From Catajapyx aquilonaris (lineage: Eukaryota), in contig KZ537969.1 of assembly GCA_000934665.2 (NCBI GenBank), positions 124,001-188,000 of the forward strand: DNA of 64,000 bases. The letters run 5' to 3'. The position numbers were made by a program, and so were the translations under genes. The notes beneath the pieces are model-generated. The model searched no databases and was not told where the DNA came from. It worked only from the letters and a program-made list of their open reading frames with translations. Positions 23,301-36,230 of the stretch are shown one piece after another (position 1 is the first letter of the stretch; each line of letters begins with the position of its first letter).

Positions 23301-25377
23301 CTTGCCTAAATGTTCTCCTAGAAAATCGTGAACGGCAAAAATTACAGGTGGGAAAATAGCATGAAAACTTTCTTGCAGCAATATCTGAAGTTGTGAATAT
23401 GGCAATGTCTCTGCTACTGTTTCTCACCAAACTTTCTTATTAACAGCTACACCTTTTGTATTATGCGATGGCATGAATTCCTAATATGCCATCGCACTGT
23501 CTCACCAAAATTTAACCATAGCCTACCGTGAGGCATTCAATTTTCACAAATCACTTAAGATGCAACATTGAAATAACTTTGGCACCAAGTAATGAAAATT
23601 ATTGTGTAATGGGTTATATTACAACATATGTTTATGGTGATTGCAGGTATTTAAATCTACCTGAATTGCTTGCCGATGTAATTTTTTTGTTAGTGAAAGA
23701 ATTATGATTTTGTGGAAATTATTCTAGGAGCAAAATGAACAGGACCCCTTTTATTGCATGTGTCAACTCTTTGAATTTGATTTCATGTAATTTGCTGCAG
23801 TAGAATACGAAAAGATTTAGTTCCTTTTGTCTTTGGACCAGTTTTTAACTAAGGGCATGAACTATGAAGGTTATTTGGCATTAATGTTTTTTTGTTGTCG
23901 TAGAGAATGAACCTAAGATATACCGGCACAGCTTGTGCATATTTTTGGAATACCACAAAAAATTCAAACGTTAAGGATCTGTTCCAAAATCAAAATTTGA
24001 GGGTAAACCTACATGAATGGAAGCTGTCTGATTATAACAATGACTTTTGATAGATAGGTCCTATAAAAAAATACTGGCATTTGATCTCCACGCAGGGAGT
24101 GGAGGATACTAGGGCTGAATAACACTTGTGAAGGCAGTAAATGAATATCTTTTGCACTATTTATAAACTGATGTATCAGCAATAATGTAAAGTTGCAGAG
24201 TCACAATTTGTCATGTAAGTTGCTTCTCTGTGAATATTATGAGTTGAAGATTCAGATTGCTGAGCCGTCTTGGAAAAGTGACATGTGAGAATGTATGGCT
24301 TATATTGAGGGTTTCAAAGAGCGTAATGTTTAAATCCATTAATTTCAATGCGCCACAACAGTAAAATAGTATGACATATTTAACCTTGATTTTTCCTTGG
24401 AACTTCTGCAGGTTAATGACTTATCTTGATACAAATCACTGTTGTAATAATGCTAAGATGTGATTTTTTTTGTTGAGCATGTCGTTTGCCACCCTCAGGG
24501 AAAATTCTGGCAATGTTTTAGATCGCTAAGTCCTCAACTTATACACTGTATGTCATAAACAGGAAGGTTGCAACTATTCATTGTTGAGATATCACAGTGT
24601 GAAGTACAAAAGTGTTACATTTGAAGTGCATGCACAATGTATTATTCCACAGCAGCCCGTTCTTTTATCAGGGTGTATTATTATCATTTTCTTTTTCTAT
24701 ATGATCATTTCATGAAGTGTCTCGTGATATAACCAGAGTGCATATTGCATGTTGAGTTTTTCATCATTTTATATAAAAATATGAGCAGGCCCTCAGTGGT
24801 TACATGTAGCACTAACTTATTGAATCATAGTTTCAACAGAAATTTCTCAAAGGGTAAAGTTGTACCATTGTGTTGTGCTTCATGAACGAAATGTGTGGGT
24901 ACCATTTTCTTTAGTTGTGTGCCATTATTGGTAGGTGACTTTTCAAAAAATATAATTTGAGATTAGTTAATGCCATGGAAATTAGCAACTGTTGTTTGCA
25001 GTAAATTTGGAAAATCTTGTGGCAGTTATTTCCAAGTGACTGAATTTTCTGACATGTCACTTCATTTTTCCTGGCAACACCCTTCAGCAACATCAAGTCG
25101 AAATTCCCTATGTTTTGTGTGCTATTATGAGCACAGCCAAAGATTGATAATTACCACCAACGACATGCGAATGTAATATTACCTGTGTCCTTTACTACTT
25201 GCAGTAACTTATAGTCAGTTTGGCTCAACGAATGTTGCTGTCAATGAACTTGGGAAAAAAATAATTTGGGATGGCGACTGCCCATGTTCCTACTCACTAA
25301 GTGACAGAGGACAGCTATACAATCAAGCTCACAGTATCAAAACACGACCAGTAACAAACAAGAATTATGTATAGAAA

Positions 25378-28300
25378 TCACACGTAACTCTCCTGTCGCG
25401 AAGAGTAGATGAGGAAAGAGTCCAAAAGGCGCGGTTCTACCAGTTCAACGGCATCCAGTTGTCTGATTGAATCAAGACCGCAGGTTGTCGCAATCTTCCT
25501 CAAGGCAGCCTGAAAATAATTTTTTATATTGCAATTTACTGTGGATTAATTTAAATTAATTCAAGATTATTTATGACAAAAAGGAGGCCAACACAGGTAT
25601 GACCGGGTATGACTAATGGAAACAATAATTATTACCCAAGCTGCATAAATATTATAAATTTTGAATAACTCGTACCAGACAGGCAACCAGGACACCATCT
25701 GAGTGGTTTCTTTCCCGCTCATCTTTGCACAGTCGCACCAGCCTTTCAACACCTTGTAGTTCAACCACCATATGAGCCACTTCGGGATCGCAGCAGAGTC
25801 TGCAGAAAGAGCCCATTGCATAAGAGATCAATATGTATACCAGAAGCAGATATGGGAAATTACATGGGAATGTAAGTGGGACTTACCTGGACAAAGCAAT
25901 AGCAGCCTTTTGCTGAACCCGTTCACATGCAGCAATTTCAGCTGCTCTTTGTAGGGGAGAGGGCCTTTGCTGTAGGAAGCATAGGAGGGCCACTAGACCA
26001 TGATTTCGGACCACATCATGTCGGCACTCGGGAACTGCACTCAAGTTGGCCAAAACGGTTGCCACCTATCAAATTAATGTTTTCATCAGTTATTGGCAGT
26101 TAAAACTATTTTTAAATGAAATGAATGAGACCCTGCAAACTGGAATGCACAAAAAGAAATAGTCCACATTATCCAATCATAAACCATTACAATACATGAG
26201 GATATGTTTCGCAATGACCTGTCTGAATGGGAAATGAGTGTGAAAATGGATTTAGCCACCCAGCCTGTAATAAACGAATGAAATGTGAAACTTAGGGATC
26301 CAACTTCTGACAGTTATCAGAAAGGTGTTACGATTAATTTGAAGCTTGGTTAATTTCTAAACAGAAATATGAAGCTATAGCAGTGGCACTTACAAGATGA
26401 AGGCTTTGCACAATATACTAACAGCCAGTTATGTTGTGATTGCCTACCTGATCCTGAAGAAAAACGGATGAGTTTGGACTAGCTCTCACAGCTTGCACCA
26501 GCACCCTTACAGCACCAGTGCTGCTGAGAGCTAAGGCTGCGGCTCCTTCCATGAAAGTTAAGTTAGCCAAAGCGGCCGCTGCTAAAAGAAATGTTTCTGT
26601 TGATGACGTTGATCCAGCTAAACCTGGGAAATCAGAAAGGACATTGTTTATTAAGTGAAAAAATGTCACAACTAAGGCAAACTTGGGTGCATTGATCGGA
26701 AAGGTTGTGCATTACTCTCCCCAGAAATAGGATAATACTGTATGTCTTATTGCTGTATTGTTAGTGTGAAAACTTTATCTGATAGTGGGACTTACTTGTG
26801 AGTGAGCGGACGAGTGGAACAACATGTCGATCCAAATCTTGAATTCGGTGGTTGTTGTCTATCCAAGGGGAGGTAATTTGGGCCAGAACTCCAGCTGCTT
26901 CCGAGAGCTCTTCTGCATCGGAGGTGGGGTCGCACAGAATATCGGACAGTACTTCAACTCCTCCAGCCTAAATTACAATCATCAATTAGTACATGACCAT
27001 CTAATTCCAGGAATGTGTTAAATGCATGATGGCATAACGTGACTTTACCTTCTCCAGTTGTCGAATTGACTCAGAAACACAGCAGACTGTAGCTAGGGCT
27101 CTGAGGGCAAGGGGTCTAGTTGCTCGGAGACGCAGTTCTAGACAGAGTTCTAGGAGGCTCCGGATACCGCCTTCCCGTGCGATGAGTCGGCACAAATGAT
27201 CACCATCCAGACCCAAGGCTGCCAGGCTATGCAGGGCTAATCTCAGGTCTGGAAGGGTCATTGGAGACGCATCCTCCACAGCTTCCAACAGCACCTGAAA
27301 GATTTTTCATTAGATCTCATAGCTCTTATACTAGGGTGAGGCAAAATGATCCTAAACATACCTTGACTTCCCTGCTTAGCATCAGGTCAACCAGGGCAGT
27401 GAAGGTGTGCCCCAAGGCGGTAACCTCTCGCACCAGTTGACCCAGCGCAGGGGCACCATTGGGGCAACACTCTTTTAGACGTTGGCAGGTAGTGATCAAA
27501 GCACGTTGCTGGCGAGCCAGGCAGGAGTCACGACCCCTGGCCTCAGGTCGCCTGCAGTTGTACTCTCCCACAAACTCCTGAATGTGACCCGCCAGACTTT
27601 GTACCAGCGGGGGAACTTGATCCACAAAACGGAATTCTAATCTTCTGCAAAGACAAATATGTTGTTAGCAGTTGAGTAGATCTTAATGTCACGTTATTCA
27701 TTAAAAATGGCCTCTTTGCAGAGATTTGTGCTCTTCATAGACTTCTGGATTATACAGCGAGAAACTACAAGTTCTCTGCATCAAGAGAGAGTTTATGCAA
27801 TTTCAGCCAGATTATTGCATCCACACTACAGTCATGACTGTAAGTATTCACAATTAATTTACATGATGGATTTTTGTCTATACTGAGTTTTGAATATTGT
27901 TTTTCGCACTTTACCACAAAAATTAGAATTACTCTACAGTGCATAATACTAGCCCTCTACACAGAGGAGACATACGGGTTGCTTGGACCAGCCAGGATAA
28001 TCACTCGACATACGATGGGGCTAAAAAATTAGTAAAATTGCTAATCACTTACTGGCACAATTTAGCAAATTCTGTCGAAACTCGGTGGGCCTGCTGCTGG
28101 ATGGCTCGGATGGTCTCCTGTGTGTCCGTGGGGCACGGTGAGCTGACAGGCATCATAATTGCTTTGGACTGAAGGGTGTGCAGGCATTCCGCTTCCAACC
28201 GACTGGATAAGTCTCGAAGCCATGCATGAACCGGGTTGTTGCTGTAGGATAGAGGGAAAAAATCCAACATGATGTCCCATGCCCAATAAACTGAACAATA

Positions 28301-31300
28301 ATCTCCAAACTAGCTCTGGGAATGGTATGTCTTATAGGAAGTCGAATATGATGCGTCTGGAATTTTTTTTCTTCTTCTTTCCTCCAGGTTTTTCTTTATG
28401 TGGTCAGGTGTGTACGTGGGCGGTTCCTGCCACATAAAGTTGACGAGCCTGAGTCTCAGAGGCGCCTGGGTCACAAAATATGCCCAGGGCGTGTCTTGGC
28501 AACCTAATGGCTCTAATGTCGGATGCATCTCCATATGAACCATAGATCACATAACCGTGATGAGTAATTGAGCAGAGTGTGACGCAAATTGGGTATAAAG
28601 AAGCTTGCGTGTATGTACGTATAATCCGAATGAGAATGCGGCAGAGACATTTTCCTCCTGTTTAAGGCCGAGAATTATTATCGAGATGTCCAGGAGGTTA
28701 AACGTGCGTGTATTACATGCTTTCACTTTTTTTGCCACATTCCCACTGTAACTTTACTAAAGCCGAATCCAATCGCAATTTGACTCATTAGTTACAGATT
28801 GGGCTCGATTATCCAGCGGTCACTTTGGACTCTTTCGTAACCACATGGTCATGCACATATACGTCATTTGGATGCGAGCCAACCATTGCTTACTTGTTAG
28901 TCACTACCTTGCACAGGATTGTTTGTCCCATAGATATGATTAGTCCCAGCAACCTATACTAGTCCACGGTTGCTTCTCTGTAAATGGAGTTGCTGAAGTA
29001 AATAATCCATATCCGGATATCCCGTCAAGCAGACGTTTCCACCACACCTGATCATCTGGTTATATTCGAGAGAGGGAGAATATACGAATTGGAGATTCAC
29101 GAGCATGAAAAGGGGCAGCAGGAAGGGCGAAGGGTGTAGAAGGTGTGCCCTTCCGTTTTCACACAAAAGGCAGCATTTTCCGGTCCCCATAACAGCAAGA
29201 ACCAGCACCCAGGACTGATGAGTCAGTCAGCAAATTAGTTCTGAATTTTGGCTGAATTTTGTCACATTATTTCAGAACATACAGATGAAACTTCCGCGTG
29301 GAGATATATCAATTTTTGCAATGCACGGTGTCGTGTACCTAACCCGTTCTGACTTGTTTTTCCCTCAAAAAGCGAACCAATTTCACACGGAAGTAAACTC
29401 CCCCCGAAAATGTGCACAAGTTAATGGGTCATATTCGGAGAAACTGGTGACCAGGTCGTGCGTTTGTGCCCACACAAGAAAAAAAAAAAAAAACGAAACG
29501 TGGCAAAAGCTGCAGTCCGAATCGCAATTTGCACGGTGAAGAGAAGGCATGCCATTTTCTGACAGAGGAGAAAGCTTCGTTGGGATAAGCAAATCGGGTA
29601 ATGCGCGGCTTCAGATATCATACTAAACTGTTTCATAACCGACGCTCATTTATTATTACCGAGCGTAATTAGCCCCTTCCAGAACTCAAGAGTCGGAAAT
29701 TATGTGCGTCACGATTGTCCCCCGGGCGACAGAAGCTGCTGTTCTGGCCATTACGACACATGTGGAACTGGCCTGTATTATAAGTGCTGTCCAGCAGAGC
29801 TTTTATTGGAATCAGCAGGGGGTTTACCGATATACATATTATAAAGGCGACCCACTTTGATGGCTGATCGAAGCACCCACGTGGGTCAATTGGAGTTCAC
29901 CGGTACGGCGCGGCGGTGCGGCACGTGTTCGTCAACAGAAGAAAGCAGAGAGAATCGTCTATACGATTATGTCGTATGTACTGTACTTTTGCATTCATAT
30001 ACAACAGACCACACATGACTGACCATGACTGAACATGTTTCTTACCCACATGTCATATTGAAGTGTTGACATGGACAAATGTTACGTCTATGTCGACATA
30101 ACGATTCGAAAAGTGCAGGCAGAAGAAGAAGGATGGGCGCAATCCTTACCCAGCAATTTGCTAGCCTCAAAACACACTTCCTGGCAAATCGTGCGGCAGA
30201 GGACCATTAGGAGCAAATGGAACAGTTTATGATTGAAGGGAAAGGTGTGTGGGTGCTGATAGTTTGGGTGGCCTATCACGCCTTGTCAGTGGGGCTTCTA
30301 TAGGTCTCTGTGCCTTGAAACAGCCTCGAGGGTTGAAGTTTAAGAAGAAGAAAAAGAAGGGGTTGTCTGCCTTGAAGCAAAATAGACTCATGTTAATTTG
30401 CTCCTGTTTTGTACATTTCCGTGCATGGTAATTGCACACAAGACTTCAATTAACCAGGACGCACTTCCTCGAACATGTTCGCATGTGTACACAATCAAGA
30501 GGGGGGTGAGGCTCCGATATTCACAGCATATGACCTCGATAATATTGAGACATGCCATATTTTGATCGGATGAGTGGCCTTTTCGATGCGCACATGCTTC
30601 CTGGATGGCGTCTCGATTTAGACTCTGCATAAAGGTGTCCTGTATAGACAGGCCTTGGGAGATGTGATCAGCCCGATGCCATAGATGGCTTATGTGCGAT
30701 ATCGACAAAAATCGCACCATGCAAGGACGGATAGTGCGGCAGAGATGCTCGTGCGTAAAGTACGTCACGCTGGTTGGACACATGGAGAAAATATTGAAGG
30801 AAAATATGAAAGGAGTTGGTCTGGGTACATCCCCATGAAGTGAATATTAAAACGGATTTTTAACTCACATTTGGGTAATGTTTTAATTACAATTTTTTGC
30901 ATTTGCCTGTTATGACCCTATGTCACTGACAAGTTTGGTCCAGTTGAATGAGTAAGTGGCAAAGGTGTCGGATATTGAAGTTTCACCTGATTTGTCGTAA
31001 TTTACACCCGGCTATAGACAACTTTTTCCAAGCTCGTGATGGTTTTTTTTCGACCTCCCGTAGGTCCGTAGGCGAAGTGAAAGGACAACATTTCTAGTTT
31101 TCCAAGCCAAATTTGCTCGTTTTGACTCGTTAAGGCGCGAGATAAATGTCCGGAGCAGCGCCTGGGTGCTGACTCTATACCTTTCATTACAGGACCGGAC
31201 GCTAATTGGGTAGTTTCGCAAACGAGACCCCCACAGGGGATATATCCTCTCTCCAGACAGACGAGTGCACTTTTGCTGACAGGATAATCTCAAAAGGAGT

Positions 31301-34120
31301 GACTCGGCTTGCACCTTCTCCAGACATGGCACAAGACAGTGATAAAATGTCACATTGGAGATAACACCTACCCTCAGTATATGACGGAAATGTGTACTGA
31401 AGTCACGGCTCATATAGGGTTGTTGGCCAGTTTCAAGCCGCGCCCATTTTTGCTGGAATTAAAGTGACCGGGATTTTTGTAAAGAGCAACAAACTCCATT
31501 TATCTTCGTAAATGTGTGCCCTTCTTATTTTTTTTTTTTTTTGTCTGGAAGCACACGTGGAGAGACTCCAAGTCTGATAGAATTTTCATGGGCCATTGTT
31601 GGGCTTGGGGTTTATTCTTCGCCTGACCAAAAGCACGTTTTGCCGCTTCCGTCACGTGCCTTCAAGGCTCTGCATACACTTTAATGACATTCCGGCCAAG
31701 TTTTTTTTTGTGTGTGTGGAGGTGTATACATCATAGATTAATCTCAGTATTTTTGCAGTTTACACCATATATGGACATTGCAGCTGACCACCGGTTGAAA
31801 GGTTAGTCTGTTCATTACACCGTACGCGTGAGCTGCTACTCTAATACGCGACATTGTGATTTAACAACGCATGGGCAGGACGCAAATGGATGTACAGGCG
31901 CGATTTATCGCGACGTTGTAAGTGTTTAGGCGTGTATGCAAATGACGCGTAGACTTTATGCGCAATCCTCGTACAAAAAGAAAACTGGGACCATTTGTAC
32001 CAATTAGTTTCGCTCGTACTGCAGTATGGTCAGCTAGGTGCACGTTACATACCGGCACCTTTTGTGTGTATTCAGCCGGGAATTTGTCTCAGCCTTCTCA
32101 TTATATTTGTGTGAAAAATGAAAGAGCAGGTAATAAGACGGCCAGAAGAAGAAGGAAGGCAAGGTGGGAAAGAAGAAGAAGAAGAAAAAAATGAAACAGT
32201 AATGAGCTGTTCAGGCCTTGTCCCAGTAGTGTCGTGAAGTGCCTTTCTCTTGAGATTGTTTCTCACCGTCATCCTACGTGGCAGATATGAATTCCTGTTT
32301 ATGTCACCTAATGCCGGTCGCAAATTGCTTCACGAACTCGATCAGAAAGGTTTTTTCCTTTGCTTCTTTTTGTTATTATTCGCACACCCCTTTTTTTGTT
32401 CGGACGGTTGAGGAACCTCCGGGGATGTTACAGTGGCTGGTGATTATCAAGGGGGTAGTGGACACCTTTTGTGTTGTCCCCCTCGGTTACAATTTCTCAC
32501 GCCTGGTCCGCAAAAGTTGAGGAGAAGCCCTGGCCAAATTTTTTTGTGTCCGGTCCTTTACACTGATCTATGCCACTGTCCTCATGCAGTGGAGCAGTGG
32601 TGGCTGTGTTGCCCGGCCTACTCGTGCGGCTCCAGGGCATGATGGCCCTAAATAAGTAGGGGTTCACACACCCTGTGCATAGTACGTGCAGAGATTTGGG
32701 TTCATTCACAGGCAAAAATTGAGTTGTAATATTTTTGAACTGAACAAATGGTGCCAATGGAAACTTCTCTTCGGGACCTGCAACAATGAGGATTGTAAAG
32801 GCTCCACTTACCTATCAAAATGAGGGACCAACCGCCGAAATCCGGTCTTGTTTTTTGAGTTCCTGGGAAGGCTGGTGTATTTGCTGAGGGTTGCCCTTTC
32901 TTCCCGCGACCATCCTCCTGCTGCTGCTGCTGCATCTTCCCTCCTCTTCCTGCCCTCGCCGAAGACCTCCTCCTGTCCGCTCCAAGAGTGACTGAAGTGG
33001 TCTTCGCCGGTGGAGGACCACCGTCTGGTCTTGGGACGGGTGCTTTGGTTGTTGTTGGACTTGTGGAGGGTCCTGAATGCAATAACGGTGGTGTCGGTGG
33101 TTGTGGTGGTGGTGGTCGCGGGGGCTGTGGGTGGTGGGGTGGGAGACGGTGTGGATAGATTGTTCTGCTTCTGCAGGTGGTTGCTGGTGTTGTTGTTGGT
33201 GTCCACGGAGGAGCCGCGCTTCTTCTTCGGGGTGGAACTGCACGGAGGGCTCCATCCGGTGGAGCTGAGGGATGGGCATGGGGAAGGAGGAGGCTCGATG
33301 TTGCTGCTATTGCTGGTGGTGGTAGGGGCTGTTGAGGTGGTGGCTGTCGTGGGGATGCACAGGATGGCCTTGTGCTCCAGCTGACACGCCACTTCGTCCA
33401 CGTCATCTTCCCGTACGGTGCTGGTGACCCTACTGGGGTTTGACCTGAGATGCTGCTTCAACCTGAGCAACGGGCCGGATTTGACCTTGGTGCGGGCGCC
33501 ACCGTCCGCAGAAGAAGAAGATGCAGAAGAAGGAAGAGATGGAGGAGGAAACAGAATTGCATTGTTGTTGCTACTGTTGCTGCTGCTGGTGGTGTTGTTG
33601 TTCTTGATGTTGACCGCAGCTATCTCGGGGGAGCTACCGATGTTGGATTCCCCCGAGTCCGAAAAGCCCGAGTCCTGGCTCTTGTGGCTGGGCGAGCTCC
33701 TGGAGAACCGGAAGGATCCTCCAGGAGAGACGGGACTGTCCTCCCCGGAGCTCCTCTCCGTGTCCTCCCGGATGCCCTGCAGATCGGTCACGTACGAGTT
33801 GGCGCTTCGTCGAGCCCAGGACGGTAGCGAGCCCAGGAAGCTGCCGCTGTTGTTGTGGCTGCTGTTGTTGGTGTTCTTCGGGGTGGCTGCCATTGTGGTG
33901 GTGGTTGGGGTCCCCGGACCGCTTCCACCCAGGAGATGATGATGGTCCGACTCGAAGTACACCATGCTTCTGCTTCTGGAGCGCTGGAACGGACTGTTGG
34001 TGCTCCGGGGGGTGGAGTTGTTGAGGGCGAGGTTAGCATCGCCGCCGCAGATGGTGCTGTCGCGGTGCATCATGCCGGTGCGATAGGGTTTCAGTCGGGA
34101 GGGTTGTTCATGATCAAAGT
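25378..34120 (-). CDS. insc: Inscuteable spindle-orientation adaptor (exons 34120-32812, 28241-28053, 27644-27362, 27294-27049, 26967-26796, 26623-26448, 26065-25887, 25799-25676, 25509-25378)
   Basis: Pins/LGN-binding segment NPVHAWLRDL...EAECLHTLQSKAI; ARM-like repeats (EAAGVLAQITSPW, AAAALANLTF, ERVQQKAAIALSRLC, NHSDGVLVACLAALRKIA); PDZ-binding end SRQESYV*; splice phases consistent. Confidence 0.92.
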
Positions 34121-36096
34121 CTGAAATGAAGCGGAACAATCCAGGGTCAGTATATGGAAGCTGAATCGAAATTATTTACAGAGCAAAGAAGTTTCTCCCA
34201 GAAATCACGGAATCAACGTTGGGGCAACGCGTGATAAACCCTCTGTTGGTCTGATATCAGACATGGATCAGGATCAGGGCATGCGAAACCCCAACGTATT
34301 AATTATTCCTCACGTCGACGTGTGTTGATGACAACCAGTTTCTGTACGGTCGGTTCCATTCACGATTCAATTGACTGGGAAACCGGTCGAGTATATATGG
34401 ACCACTGAACGGCCAGTGTCAGAAGAATAAGAAGGGGGGCCCACACCCACCTTTTCCCTCATCTTGTTTCCTGCCATTTCAGCATTCAATCTCGTTATGG
34501 GCGCACATAACGATAACAGGGCAGATATCGAAGGCAGTAAAATGCACCGCCCCGATAGAGCCTTCTGCCTTTCTCAAGGTATCGATTTAATTAGTTACCC
34601 ACTGTGTTACCAGCATGTCGTATTTGTGGGGAATCAATCATTGGCAACTGCCCTGCTTGCACTATATGATGTCCTAATACCTTAGGGAAATTCTTTTGCA
34701 TACTAACAACAAGGAGGAAATACCAAAATGTACGATTCTGAGGAGGGGAAAAAATACAGTACTTTTCCATCTTATCCAACCGGAAAGTAATTCGTTTTGT
34801 GGTTTCTTATCAGAAAGACATCCCACCTGTGAGGCTCCAATGTCCTTGTGGATACTGCAATCTTATCTTGCAGAAGGAATGTCACGAACGCATAACTCAC
34901 GTACATAACAATATTCTGCGCCACTTTTATTGAAAGTACGTACTGCTAGTGCTATAAATATCAACTTGTATAATCCAAATATTTCCGTCCAACTGAAGCC
35001 TACTAGAATAAGGTAAATATTTGGCAGCATGAGCTAGCCCACTTGGAATTTGGGAACCATTTTTCACGCCCCATCTCAATTAAGAGAAACCGCACTTGGC
35101 GGGTGCATGTTCCTTTGCCAAAAAATCCAGTTTCGTGAGACCACATCCAACCCCATCTTCCCCCGACTCATGATGGACCCACAGCCTGAAAAGGAACCGG
35201 GTACCCCTCCCCATCCTCATTACGAAGGCACCCCTTTTTCCACCGGCATCTGCTCCTGGGGACCTACACCAATGTCCGGACTCTTGCTTCCGCCTGATCT
35301 GGGTACTACAAAAGGACCCTATTCATTTGCATACGAAAGGAAAATGGGGAGGGTCACACTCAGTCTCCGTATCGGCCGTTGGCACGAGCCAAAAACTGTT
35401 TTTGGGTTGGGCTCGAGGGGGGCTTTAGGTTTCCCCCCACATCTTTTCTTCATACTTACAATACAACGATGGAACGTGGGAAGTCAGCAATGGCCGTTGG
35501 ATTTTGGCCAGAAGTGGCCACGGTCCCTTTTGAGACCGTTGCGAACTTCACGGTCTGTGTTTCTATGCGTCTTCTTTTTTACTTTTTTTTCGGCTCTAGA
35601 CGCCCTATTATGTAACTAACGGCCCTCACAGAGTTGGTACTTTTAAGCTTGTTTTCAGGCGGAAAATGGAAGTTACCCTGAACTTGTCCGGCAATAGCGA
35701 CACACATACTGGGTCCGTAACCTTCCACCTGGAACATGCAGTACTGCACCGCATTGTTTCGACGATATATGGCACGGAAGTCGAATCCGTCCTTTTCAGA
35801 AAGAACCGTAATTGCGATTGACCTACTGAATACCCAATTTGAAAGAGAGTGCTCTGAATTGGCGAAAAATGTGCAAAAATCAGGTTTCACTATGAAATAT
35901 TGCGATCTAAGATTGCATTAATTTTGCTTTCATTTCATCCTGTTTTTACCTTCAATTTCCGGCTTTGCCTCCAGCTTCTAACCGGATGGCTAACACTATT
36001 ATTACCATTTTTTTTTGTAATAAATGAACAGTTATGGTTCAGTATTTTGCAAGATTTTGCACTGTCCAATTTTTGTTTGCTGCACTTTGTACTCAC

Positions 36097-36230
36097 CAGC
36101 TGTAACTAACATCGCGCACTATCACCAGCTGAGTCACTAACCAACCGATCCTCACACTGTGACTGCTCACCTGCGACTCGGATATCCTGCATGCCTGCAA
36201 GCAGCTGACTCACTCTCGGTCCTCCTTCCC
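36097..36230 (-). other. Candidate proximal first exon of insc (ATG at 36112, MLVTA spliced to DFDHEQ)
   Basis: CAGCTG|GTGAGT donor at 36096; phase 1 matches the acceptor at 34121. Confidence 0.45.

Noticed and set aside
29214..29240. CTGATGAG hammerhead-like core (also near 51536)
   Set aside because: No stem II followed by GAAA and no flanking helices
32702..34124. Many overlapping and antisense ORFs
   Set aside because: Shadow frames of the GC-rich low-complexity insc exon
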